20,000 nt of DNA from Chiloscyllium plagiosum (taxonomy: Eukaryota): positions 12,654,133-12,674,132 of the forward strand of contig NC_057755.1 of assembly GCF_004010195.1 (NCBI RefSeq). The letters run 5' to 3'. A program made the translations under genes and the position numbers. Shown one piece after another: positions 1 to 10,270 of the stretch. Positions within the stretch are counted from its first letter, which is position 1. Each line of letters starts with the position of its first letter. The notes beneath the pieces are model-generated. The model saw only the letters and a program-made list of their open reading frames with translations, was not told the DNA's origin and searched no databases.

Positions 1-620
1 ACATGTTGTAAAAGTCTAGTTCATTATTTTCATGTTTCTGAAAATAACTTTTAGAAATTGATGTTTCAACAGTAGGTAAATAGGGCATCTGAGAAATTGA
101 TAAATAACCCTGAAGTAAATGCCATTCACAGCAAGCTTGGAGTTAGCCTACAATTCAAGTGTAATCATGTTGATGGTGAAAAACTTGAACAATAAATGAT
201 TTGTCTCTAAGCTTGTAATAGAGTCTGAAGAGGCAGCAGTTACAACCATTAGAAATATAAATTATTTGATGCATCGTGTTGTGTTAAAAGTAAATTTTAA
301 AAAAAATTTGTTTGCATCAGCCCAAAACATCCATAGATTATAGGGATGTTTGAAGCCGGGAAATGGAGCTTAGAGTGAACACATGAGCTCTTTAAAGAAA
401 ACTGAAGGAAAGATCCCCCCAAAATGTATACATTGAGGAATAACCAGAACACTAAAGAGAATTAAATATCCCTGGAGGACTATGTATATCTTCTGAGTTG
501 GTCCCAGGAGAAGTGAATAAACTTTTAAGATTTCATAAGAGGAGAGAATTCTTGGGGTGGAGTTAAATCTTGACAGCCCTAGCCAGGATTTAACAATTCT
601 ATGACCTGTTTGTTTTACAG

Positions 621-854
621 AAGCAAAGGAGGCTTGTTGAAAGCCAAAGAAATTCTGACTCGCCTGGGCCTGGAGCCATCAGACGAGGATTGCATTGCTG
701 TACAGCATGTTTGTACAATTGTTTCTTTCCGTTCAGCCAATCTGTGTGCTGCTGCCCTTGGAGCTATCCTGACCCGACTTCGTGATAATAAAGGTGTGCC
801 AAGGCTCCGCACTACAGTGGGAGTGGATGGGTCACTCTACAAGATGCATCCACA
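621..854 (+). CDS. HK1: Hexokinase coding exon (equivalent to HK1 exon 9; end of N-terminal half)
   Basis: Acceptor ttttacAG at 619-620 and donor CA|GTAAGT at 855. 234 bp, phase 2 at both ends. Translates [78 protein letters not shown]. Hexokinase identity is near certain; HK1 versus HKDC1 is less so. Confidence 0.93.
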
Positions 855-1263
855 GTAAGTCATTGCTATCAATTACTTTACTTAATTCTAAAATAGACCT
901 TCAAATTGAACTGCACACTCTGCTTTCAAGAATGACAAGCTGACAAGTTTTTTGATAGATATTTTTATTGAAAAAGAAGACTTAAGATTTTTTACAAAAT
1001 TACAAAAATAATACAAACTAGTATGTTCACTTTACAATACAATAACAACCCCAATATGAAATTTTTTAAAAAACTACTTCTCTATTCTACAAATAATCAA
1101 AATATAAAATAGGGTATCATACATTACTAACAATAAACAAATAGGTAAATAAATAACTAAATACATACTCAAAATAGATTTATATCAAGTCCTAACAAAT
1201 CCCACATTTATAAAGGATTCCTCCTCCCAGGAGCCCCCGAACCAGCCAGAACCATTACCACAG

Positions 1264-4200
1264 CTAAGTAAAGGCCCTGGACAATGTGGCCAAAATATCT
1301 GTGTCAGTATAGTTCAAAAAGGGCTGCCATGTTCTATAAAATAATTCAGTTTTTTGGTGCACCATTTTCGTAAGGAAGTCAAGGGGGATATATTCCATGA
1401 CTAAGCTGTACCAGTTTGAAAGTCCTGGGGGACCTTCGGGTACCCAATTCACTAAAATATTTTTACTCGCACAAAAGGAAAGGATAGTGAATAATTTCCT
1501 CCCATATACATCCAAAGAGGGGAAATTTGGGGAGCCCAAGAGTAGGGACACCTGAGTCCAATCCAATCTCCATACCCGAAATCTTTGCCAAGGCATTCGC
1601 TACTCTGTCTCAATACCTAAGGATCTAATGGCATGTCCACAGATAATGTGTAAGAGTACCAACTTCGATTTTGCATTTAGGACACGTTGGAGATGCGCCT
1701 GCCTTGAATTTTGCAAGTCGTTCAGGTGCCACGTGAGCCCTGTGAAATATCTTCAATTGAGTAGCCTGAATTCTGTTACAGATAGACACCTTCCTGGTAT
1801 TTTCCCAGACGTCCTCCCACATTTCTAAGGAGATTTCCAACCCTAGTTCTTGACTTCAGGTTTTATATAACCATTCCATGTCCTTCGATACCTTATTGCA
1901 TAACGGGTGGTAGAGAGTACTGACCGAGGGAGGGTCCATCGGCCGAAGCACACTCCTTTCCCTATCCGATTGCAAGGATAGATTATCAGTGAAGTCTTCT
2001 TTTGTATAAAGTCTCATATTTGAAAATACCGAAAGAGGTCCCTGCTGGGTAGCCCAAACTTCTGGCGTAATTGCTTAAAGGACATCATGAATGCCCCATT
2101 GAACGGAGATACCTCTGGACTCCCAGATTTTGAATATAGCATCAGTCAGCCCTGGCTGAAATCCTAATGTTCCCACTATAGGGTTATAAGGGGAGGATTT
2201 TTTGCAGGTTACCCTCATCTTGTTGCATTATTCTCCAGGCTTTGATTGTATTTAACACAGTAGGGTTTTTACAATAATCCGTAATAACTGTCATCTTGTC
2301 CATAAATAGTAGATTGATCAGAGAACATTTTGCCTGGGAGGCCTCAATATTTAACCAGATTGGATCTCTTGTGACCCACAATCAATCAGCTACATAGGAT
2401 AATAGGGAGCTCAGTTGGTACCTCCTGAAATCCGGAAAGTCCAGTCCTCTCCTTACTTGTGGAAGCTGCAGCTTTCCTAATTTGATAAGGGGCCGTCTAT
2501 GACTCCAAATAAAGGAGCCGAGCCAGCCATAAAGCTTACGCAGCGCCTGCCTCGGCAGCATCAAGGGTATATAAGACGGGGTAAAATATTCATCTCAACT
2601 AAAGCGACTCTGCCTAACCAAGATATCGGGAGATCTTCCCATCGTTGAAGGTCCTGTCTTATTTTCTCCAATAAGTGTGTACAATTGGCTATATATAGCT
2701 GACCAAATGCCGGAGTGATGAAAATACCTAAGTACAGAAAACCTTCTAGTGACCATCGAAAGGGAAAAGAGGATCTGTCCGCAAAACTGGATATACTGGC
2801 AAGACCTCCCAGTGGCATGGCATCTGATTTCATAAAATTGATTTTGTGGTCTGAGAACATACCAAATAAATTGACCACTTGAATTAGGTGGGGCACAGAT
2901 GTCAAAGGATCACTTAAGAAAAGGAGGACTTCATCCGCATAGAGAGTAATTTTGTGCTTGCCTGATCCAACCTCCGGAGCCGATATGTTAGGGTCAGTTT
3001 GTATAGCTTCTGACAACGGCTCAATCACTAGCAAAAATAATAATGGTGAGAGAGGACATCCCTGACGACAGCCCTTGCGACGCTAAAGCTACCCAAACTT
3101 AAACTGTTAATGATCACCACTGCTTTGGGATCATTTATATAACTCATTTAGTAAAAACCTCTCCAACACCAAACCGCTACAGTGTATAAAAAAAGATATG
3201 GCCATTCTACCTGATCGAATGCCTTCTCTGCATCAAGGGAGACCACTAAACTCAGTATTGTTCCCTGTTGGCAGGCTTGTACCTTATTTAAGATTCTTCT
3301 AATGTTATTAGTTGATCTGTGATCCTTTATATACCCCGTCTGGTCTTCTTTTATAATGAATGGTAAGACTCTCTCCAGACTTAATGCTAAATTTGAGAGA
3401 ATTTTAAAATCTACGTTTAACAAGGGTCTATATGAGGAGCAGTCTTCTGGGGTCTTTCCCTTCTTAAGAATGAGAGAAATATTTGCTTCTCTCAGCGAAG
3501 GCGGGAGGCAGCCCTGACTGTGAATAGTTTTATATATATTTATAAGTGGCCTGGCCAGTTCCCTATAAATTCTTTATAAAACTTAGCCTGGACTCTCTCT
3601 GGTCCAGGCGCTTTGCCACTCTGAATCTGCCTCACCACTTCTTGTACTTCCTGGGTTGCCAGGGGGCATTCAAGAATGACACCTGCTCTGAGGGTAGGCC
3701 CAGGAGGGCCAGATTTTTAAAGAAAGACTCCGTCTTCCTCGTTCTGTCCTCAGTCCTGTGACTTATACAATTCAAAATAGTACTTCCTAAAGGCTGCATT
3801 GAGCTTTTTATGATGATAAGTCAAGGTACCAGTACTGTCTCTAATGGATGTAATGGCTTGGGAGCCTTTTTCTTTCTGGTAAGGTACGCTAGAAAGCTGC
3901 CAGGCTTATTACCGTATTCGAATAGCTTCTGCTTTGTGAATAAAATCTCCCTCTTTGTGTTTGAGTAAATGCAGTATTCAAGGTTGCCCTAAGGGCTGTG
4001 ATCCACTGTAGTTTAGTAATGGAGGGCCTATCAACATACGCTGTCACAGTTGCCTTTAGGTAAGCATCGAGTAGACACTGTTGCTCTCCCTTTTTGTCAT
4101 TTCCAGGTTGCAGAATGTTAGATAACCAAGCCTCGCGTGTATGCCTTTGCGGTCTCCCGCATCGTCTAGGGGTTCCTGGCCGTGCCCGAGTTGATATCCC

Positions 4201-4710
4201 AGTAGGTTTTAAATTCCTGCGAAAAATATTTTATGAACTTCTTATCCTTCAGTAAAAAAGGGTCCATATGCCAGTGTTGGGGACCTATGCCATCATCACT
4301 AGTCTTAACCTCCATGTATACTGCGGCATGGTCAGAGATAGTTATATTCCCTATTTTACAGGACAATATAGAGTTCAAAAGGGTCAAGGGGACAAAAAAC
4401 ATATTGATTCTGGTATGGCACTTGTGTGGGTTAGAATAGAAAGTAAAGTCTGTACCCTCTGGGTGGAGACAATTCCACACATCTACCAGCCCCAACTCCC
4501 TATTCAGATCCGCCAGCTGCCTAGATTTCAAAGATATGCCCGCAGAGCTCCTAGATATCCTGTCCGCCTCTGGGTCAATGATACAATTAAAATCTCCCCC
4601 TATAATTGTATGGCAGACCCCAAGAGCCATCAACTTAGAGAACGCTTCCGTTACAAATTTAAAAGGGTGTGCCAGGGGGGCAATAAAGATTCAAAATCCC
4701 ATATTCCTGT
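1264..4710 (-). pseudogene. L1 ORF2 (APE endonuclease, reverse transcriptase, CCHC), frameshifted
   Basis: Fragments: NLYCPP, IIGGDFN, SDHAAV (EN); LNVDFKIL, DQTGYI, SLDAEKAFD, QGCPLSPLLF, YADE in place of YADD (RT); CPKC-x8-H-x4-C near 1630-1680. Stop at 1264. The N-terminal part of the EN domain is absent. Confidence 0.9.
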
Positions 4711-4863
4711 ATGGGAATTCCTTGCTCACAGGGGGCACTACTACCTTCCATTAACCCTGCCATAAGTTCTCCCAGCTAGGGCCCTGCCCTCAGCCCAGGC
4801 GTTACAAAATAAAATAAGTAAATTCCAGTATCTTATAAAACAGAAGTTAAATTAAAAGTGGGT

Positions 4864-4864
<1 letters not shown>

Positions 4865-4913
<49 letters not shown>

Positions 4914-5002
4914 CTCTCTCTCACACTCTCTCTCTCACTCTCTCTCTCTCACTCTCTCTCTCTCACTCTCTCTCTCTCACTCTCTCTCTCTCACTCTCTC
5001 TC
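4865..5002. repeat. Compound (CA)n/(CT)n microsatellite
   Basis: Directly visible dinucleotide run. Confidence 0.97.
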
Positions 5003-5368
5003 TGTGGAAAACTTACGTTCTGTCTGGAAAATGACCCTGAGCTTCTGGTTGCCTGCTACTACAACATACCACCATATTTCCTGGCTAATATTTCCATCTT
5101 GGACATGCTCCGGAGCTCCAGTGAGGCTCAGCACCAGGTGGAAGAAAAACATTTCATTTTTCATTTGAGGATCTTGTAGCCTTCAGAACTCAGTATCAAG
5201 TTCAATAAGTTTTAAACCTGAATACCTTCTTCAATGCCTTTATCTACTCCCACTCCAGACTCGTTATGACATGGGCTGTTTTCAGCACAACCAATCCATT
5301 TTCACCTACTTACGATCCCATTATTAGCTTTTCTTTCTCTTGGTCTTCTATTCCATCCCTTGGCCGAT
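5003..5368 (+). mobile_element. Penelope-like element fragment (GIY-YIG C-terminus plus part of the 3' UTR) nested in the L1 inter-ORF spacer
   Basis: Translates ENDPELLVACYYNIPPYFLANISILDMLRSSSEAQHQVEEKHFIFHLRIL*PSELSIKFN, a decayed VAxHFN...E..LI..LGTL.P.GLN motif; homologous to the frame at 9834. Confidence 0.7.
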
Positions 5369-5440
5369 CTCTTTTTTTCTCTCTCTCTCTTTTTTTCTCT
5401 CTCTCTTTTTTCCTCTCTCTCTTTTTTTTTCTCTCTCTAT
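5369..5440. repeat. (CT)n/poly-T low-complexity tract
   Basis: Directly visible. Confidence 0.9.
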
Positions 5441-5672
5441 CACCTAGATATGCTGTAATATATTCAAATTTACAATCCCAGCAAATATTAAGCAACTCAA
5501 AAAGAAAAACAAACCCACTCAGAGACATTCCCCAATAATCAGATAAACCGCGTGAGCTATAGATAAGACTGAAGAAAGAATAAGGAACGAGCCCCTCCCC
5601 CATTGGGAAGAAGGAAAGACAAAGGAGGGGGGGAGCAAAATAAAGACGTCCATACAGTTCAAGTCTCGCAGT

Positions 5673-6472
5673 CTATTTGAGAGCGTCCACGAATTCTTTT
5701 ACTTTTTCCAGTGATCCAAAGATATATAAAAGATCCTCCATGACTGAAGCCCAGCATTGCCGGATATCGCATGGAATATTGAATATTTAAGTCTTTCAGA
5801 CACTTCTTCGCCTCGTCAAATGCCCTCCTCTTGCGGACCACAACCAGAGAAAAGTACTGATACAACATTATCTTGGAGTCCTTGTATATTGTGGCCTGGG
5901 GATCCTTCCCAAGACTCTGGAGGCCTTAGGCAGCATTTGTTTTTCCCTGTAATGTTGAAGGCAGACCACGACTGGGCAGGGGCGCTGGTCCGACCCGGGC
6001 CTGCGTACAACAACCCGGTGGGCCCGCTCAACCCGTACCCGGCCCAGCTTCAACTTCAATTTCAGCAGCTGTGGGAGCCATTGCTCCAGGAAATCCACAA
6101 GCTAGCCTTCCTCCTCCCAATCGGGAAGGCCCAGCAACCGAATGTTTTTCAGACGACCTCGAGAATGAAGGTCGTCGATATGTTCCTCCAAGGTCCAGAC
6201 TTGTTGCTCCAGAGCCCGGACCTGACCCGCAGATGACTCAGCAGCAGTTTCCGAGGCCGCGGTCCATTGCTCCGCCCCTCCAATATGCTGCCCACGTTTC
6301 TCGATCTCTCAGTCATGCTTCTGCAGCATGACCAAGATCGACTCCCACTGGACCAGGTCTCCTCGATGGATGCATTGCTCTTCTCTCGGAGTTTAACGAA
6401 CTCTGAGATCAGGTTTGCCTCTGCAGGTAAGTCCCCCGAGGTGAAACTACGGGACCCTTTGCCCTTAGTCAT
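5673..6472 (-). pseudogene. L1 ORF1 (Transposase_22-like coiled-coil/RRM/CTD), frameshifted
   Basis: ATG at 6472. Motifs LHSRGRLKNIRLLGLP, VERAHRV, RPCPVVV, KRRAFDEAKK, YSMRYPA, ending EFVDALK* at 5673. Confidence 0.85.
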
Positions 6473-6630
6473 TTTTAAGAAAGCACCAAACTGTTAAAGT
6501 TTGATACAAAATGGCTAAGGGTGCTGGGCAAAAACTATTTTAAATAATTTAACAGGTGAAGTGAGGGTGGGCACCCCACTCTTTCTGAGTCTTGGGCAGA
6601 GCTCTGCAGCCTCAGACCTGCTGGGTCACT

Positions 6631-6640
6631 GCCATCTTGG
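6631..6640 (-). promoter_or_regulatory. YY1-type motif at the L1 5' end (internal promoter element)
   Basis: CCAAGATGGC at +8 to +17 of the element; matches the GCCATNTT YY1 core. Confidence 0.55.
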
Positions 6641-6907
6641 ATCTCCCGACCAGCTGACAATTTAAAGGCCTAAAAAACCAGTCGCTTTCCAACTACTGAA
6701 TTTAACACCTACCTCTGTGCGTGTCGAAGTAGGACAGTTTTAACTATGTGAGAGCAAATCGGTCTTGCACGTTTGTTGAATCATTGTCTAATATTTGATT
6801 GAAAATCAGATTTATCTTTACATTTTTCCTCAGTGTGCAGTTCTGATGCTGGCAATGGTTCTGGGGGAAGGTTGCAAATGTTGGTCCAGGATGACATGCT
6901 GTGGGCC

Positions 6908-7440
6908 TTAGAAACAGGAATAGGCCATTTAGCCCTTCAAGCCCGCTCCATCATCAATATGATCATGGCTGATCTAGTAGTGTTCTCAGCTCCACTTTCC
7001 TGTCTGCACTCCAGAATCCTCTAACGTCCTCTAATTTTACTAGTATCTCCCAAAAGGTTCAATAAAATTTCCTCTTATTCTTCTAAATACCAATTGACCT
7101 AACCCGTTCAACTTTTTTTCAACAGATAAGCCTTTCTGTTCCAGAAATAAATTGAGTAAACCTGCCTTGAATTACTTTTAAAACAGTGAGATCTTTTTCA
7201 AATTAGGAGACCATAACTACAAACAGTACCAAGCTGGTCTCCCCAGTGCCCTGTGTAGCTCTAGTAAAACTTCCATAATTTTTATTCCATTCCTCTTGCG
7301 ATAAGCATCAAGATTACATTTACTTTCTATAATCGCTTGTTGTACCTGCACATTTTCTCTCTGATTTATGTATCAGAGCACCCTTCTGTATCACCTAGTT
7401 CTGCAATCTCCCTCCTTTTTAAATAGTGGACAGCTTTTCT
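6908..7440 (-). mobile_element. Old CR1-clade LINE 3' fragment
   Basis: Starts with the reverse-complement tail (agaaacaggaataggccatttagccc...gatcatggctgatct) and shows decayed similarity to the other CR1 3' fragments here. Confidence 0.6.
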
Positions 7441-7449
7441 ATACAATAT

Positions 7450-7945
7450 TCTGGCACATTAAAAGAGCTCTTGCAAATTATTGCAGAAACTGAATTTGCT
7501 GTGATGTATCCAGGCGACGGATGTCTCCCTGGATAGCAAGTTTCTAGATGTGGTGGATTCTCCAGCTTAAGATGTGCGCACAGAGAGAGAATGGCTGATT
7601 GCAAAACAATCCAAGAGCAACAGGCTGGTAGTGCAGCAGTCCCCTGAGTGCATCATGTCCTCTAATCAATATACAATTTTGATTATTAGTGAGAATGATG
7701 GCTCCTCTAGGAAGTGCAGACAGAGCCACTTGGCGCTATTGTTGGTTCAGCAATACTAGAAGGCAGGGCAAGATTGGAAAAGCAATAATGATGAGTGTTT
7801 CATAGTTAGGACAATTGACATTCGTATCTGAAACAGTCGACCTAAATCTAGAATGATATCTTAGTTGCTATCATACCACAGTCAGGCAATGTGACGGAAG
7901 GTGAACGGCCAAAGGTAGTTGTCCATGTTAGTGTAACAACTTTGA
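7450..7945 (+). mobile_element. CR1 ORF1 (SGNH esterase-type) fragment, highly decayed
   Basis: EWLIAKQSKSNRLVVQQSPECIMSSNQYTIL, a decayed GDS block near 7785-7820, and EGERPKVVVHV near 7895-7930. Confidence 0.5.
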
Positions 7946-8151
7946 GCATAACATTAAAAAATAGGAGCAAGAGTCGACCATCATACTTGTTCCATCTTTC
8001 AACAAGATCATAGTTGAATTGATTATTCAGCCTTCATTTCATTGTCTACCTATTGCTCCATAATCTATGACTCCCACACAGATTAAAAATGAGTCTAACT
8101 CAGCCTTCAATATATTCAATGATTCCATTTCCACTGCTTCCTGACAGCATA

Positions 8152-8408
8152 GGGGTGGCATGGGAGCTCAGTGGTTAGCACTGCTGCCTCACACCTCCAG
8201 GGACCCAGATTTGATTCCACTCTCTGGCGACTGTGTGTGGAGTTTGCAAATTTTCTCAGTGTCCGTGTGAGTTTTTTCCCCATAGTTCAAAGGGTGTGTA
8301 AGCTAGCTGGATTAGCCATGGGGAATGCAGGGTTACAGGGACGTGGGTCTGGATGGGTCGGTGTGGAGCTAATTGGCCTACTTCCACACTGTAGGGATTC
8401 TATGATTC
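8152..8408 (+). mobile_element. tRNA-derived SINE (HE1/V-SINE type), internally deleted
   Basis: A box gagctcagtgg, B-box-like gatttgattcc, V-domain-like tgtgtggagtttgca, tail ccacactgtagggattctatgattc. Confidence 0.85.
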
Positions 8409-8840
8409 ATATTCTAGATTTCATTAGAGGAAATATGCTCACTGTCCCTACCCTGTCAAGTACTGTAGTAATCTTTCAATAAGAACACTTCTCAGTGATC
8501 TGAATTTTAATACCCCTCAGCCCAACCTGCTTAACCATTTGTCATAGAGCATTTCATCCTACAAATAAACCAAGTGAACATTCTGTGAACTGCCTCCAGT
8601 GCAAGTGTCTTTTCCTTTAAAAAGGAGATCAAAGCTATACATAGTACTCCCATGTATATTCTCACTAATGTCCTGTGCAGTTGAGGTAAGAACTTCCTTT
8701 CTTTTATATTCCGTCCCTCTTGTGATTATTCCAACATGCGTCGTCCTAATAATTACTTACTTCATAGGCATGTTAACTTTTATTAATGTGCTAGGGCACC
8801 TAGACCCCTCTATACCATAGCATTCTGCAACTTCCCCCCA

Positions 8841-9134
8841 CAGTGACTCAGTGGATAGAACTGCTGCCTCACAGCACCAGGCACCCAGGTTCGATTCCAG
8901 CCTCAGCTGACTGTGTTGAGTTTGCACATTCTCCCACTGTCTGTGTGGATTTCCTTCCACAGTCCAAAGATAGGCAGGTTAGGTGGATTGGCCATGCTAA
9001 GTTACCCATAGTGTTTAGGGATGTGCAGGCTGGGTGATTTAGCCATAGGAAGTGCAGATTTACCGAGGTAGATTAGAGGAATAGGTATGGGAGGGATGCC
9101 GTTCAGAATGTTGTGAACTTGAGCTGAATGACCT
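8841..9134 (+). mobile_element. tRNA-derived SINE (HE1/V-SINE type)
   Basis: A box tgactcagtgg, B box ggttcgattcc, gagtttgcacattctccc, ccacagtccaaaga...ggttaggtggattggccatgctaa. Confidence 0.85.
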
Positions 9135-9636
9135 AGTTCTGGTCGCCCTATTATAGGAAAGATGTGGATGCTTTGGAGAGGGTTCAGAGGAGATTTACCA
9201 GGATGCTGCCTGCACTGGAGGGTTTATCTTATGAAGAGAGGTTGACTGAGCTCGGACTTTTTCATTGGAGAAAAGGAGGAGGAGAGGGGACCTAATTGAG
9301 GTATACCAGATCATGAGGGGCATAGATAGTCTCTGGCTATCGACTCTATTTCCCAGGGCAGAAATGACTTAACACGAGGGGTCATAGTTTTAATCTGGTT
9401 GGAGGAAAGTATAGAGGGAATGTCAGAGGTGGGTTCTTTACACAGAGTTGTGAGAGCATGGAATGCGTTGCCAGCAGCAGTTGTGGAAGCAAGGTCATTG
9501 GGGACATTTAAGAGACTACTGGACATGCATATGGTCACAGAGATTTGAGGGTGCATACATGAGGATCAATGGTCGGCACAACATCGTGGGCTGAAGGGCC
9601 TGTTCTGTGCTGTACTGTTCTATGTTTCTATGATTC
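9135..9636 (+). mobile_element. CR1-clade LINE, 5'-truncated 3' end
   Basis: FWSPYYRKDVDALERVQRRFTRMLP...YEERLTELGLF; 3' end gggctgaagggcctgttctgtgctgtactgttctatgtttctatg. Confidence 0.9.
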
Positions 9637-9833
9637 TGCTTTTCTATTCTTCCAAACCATGTACAAAACATCACACTTTCTCACATTATATTTCATCTAC
9701 TAAGTTTTTGCCCAGTCAAGTTATCTATATCCCATTTGATTTATCCTTGTCACATGTACTTAAGTACAGTGAAACATTTTGTTTTGTGTGCAGTACAGGT
9801 AGTACATACCTTTAGACAGAGCAAGACATACAA

Positions 9834-10270
9834 CATTTCAACTCCCCCTCCCACTCTGACGAGGACATGGAGGTCCTGGGCCTCCTTCACCGCCGCCTCG
9901 GAACACTTCAACCCCAGGGCATCAATGTGGATTTCAACAGCTTCCTCACTTCCCCTTCCTCCACCTCATCCTAATTTCAAACTTCCAGCCCACACTGTCC
10001 CCTTGACCTGTCCGTCCGACCTGCCTATCTCCTTTTCCACCTATCCACTCCACCCTCTCCTCCCTGACCTATCACCTTCATCTCCTCCCCCACTCACCTA
10101 TTGTACTCTATGCCACTCTCTCCCCACCCCCACCCTCCTCTAGCTTATCTCTCCACGTTTCAGGCTCTCTGCCTTTATTCCTGATGAAGGGCTTTTGCCC
10201 GAAACGTCGATTTTGCTGCTCGTCGGATGCTGCCTGACCTGCTGTGCTTTTCCAGCACCACTGATCCAGA
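9834..10270 (+). mobile_element. Penelope-like element 3' fragment (family A) with hammerhead motif
   Basis: Frame from 9834: HFNSPSHSDEDMEVLGLLHRRLGTLQPQGINVDFNSF (GIY-YIG C-terminus, apparent internal deletion), C-rich UTR, then HHR core. Possible TSD atacaa(c/g)att at 9828 and 10270. Confidence 0.85.
10178..10211 (+). ncRNA. Minimal type I hammerhead ribozyme motif (family A)
   Basis: CUGAUGA-A-GGGC UUUU GCCC-GAAAC-GUC; palindromic ACGU at stem III; stem I only UC/GA. Confidence 0.7.

Larger units (their letters stand above)
948..6647 (-). mobile_element. L1-clade LINE, both ends present, degenerate, antisense to the hexokinase gene
   Basis: ORF1 and ORF2 remnants on the minus strand. 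AATAAA (tttatt 964-969) precedes a short A tail (948-953). 5' end reads GGGAGATCCAAGATGGC. TSD gacaagctgacaa (934-946) versus gaccagctgacaa (6648-6660), followed by ttt/aaa. Confidence 0.92.
7950..9722 (-). mobile_element. Old CR1 3' fragment split into about 7950-8150, 8410-8838 and 9637-9722 by later insertions
   Basis: Reverse-complement tail (ataggagcaagagtcgacc...aagatcat) and CR1-like antisense segments that resume after each SINE/LINE insert. Confidence 0.5.

Noticed and set aside
325..351. Short inverted repeat aaacatcc/ggatgttt
   Set aside because: An 8-bp stem is expected by chance in 20 kb; no TSD or other support.
4268..4765. 165-aa plus-strand ORF
   Set aside because: Antisense shadow of the L1 endonuclease region; no recognisable motif.
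4862..5603. ORFs with TH/SL repeats or a KRE-rich tract
   Set aside because: Translations of microsatellites; only the GIY-YIG-like part is meaningful.
5757..6497. Several plus-strand ORFs (possible ORF0-like antisense gene)
   Set aside because: GC-rich antisense of L1 ORF1, non-ATG starts, no independent evidence.
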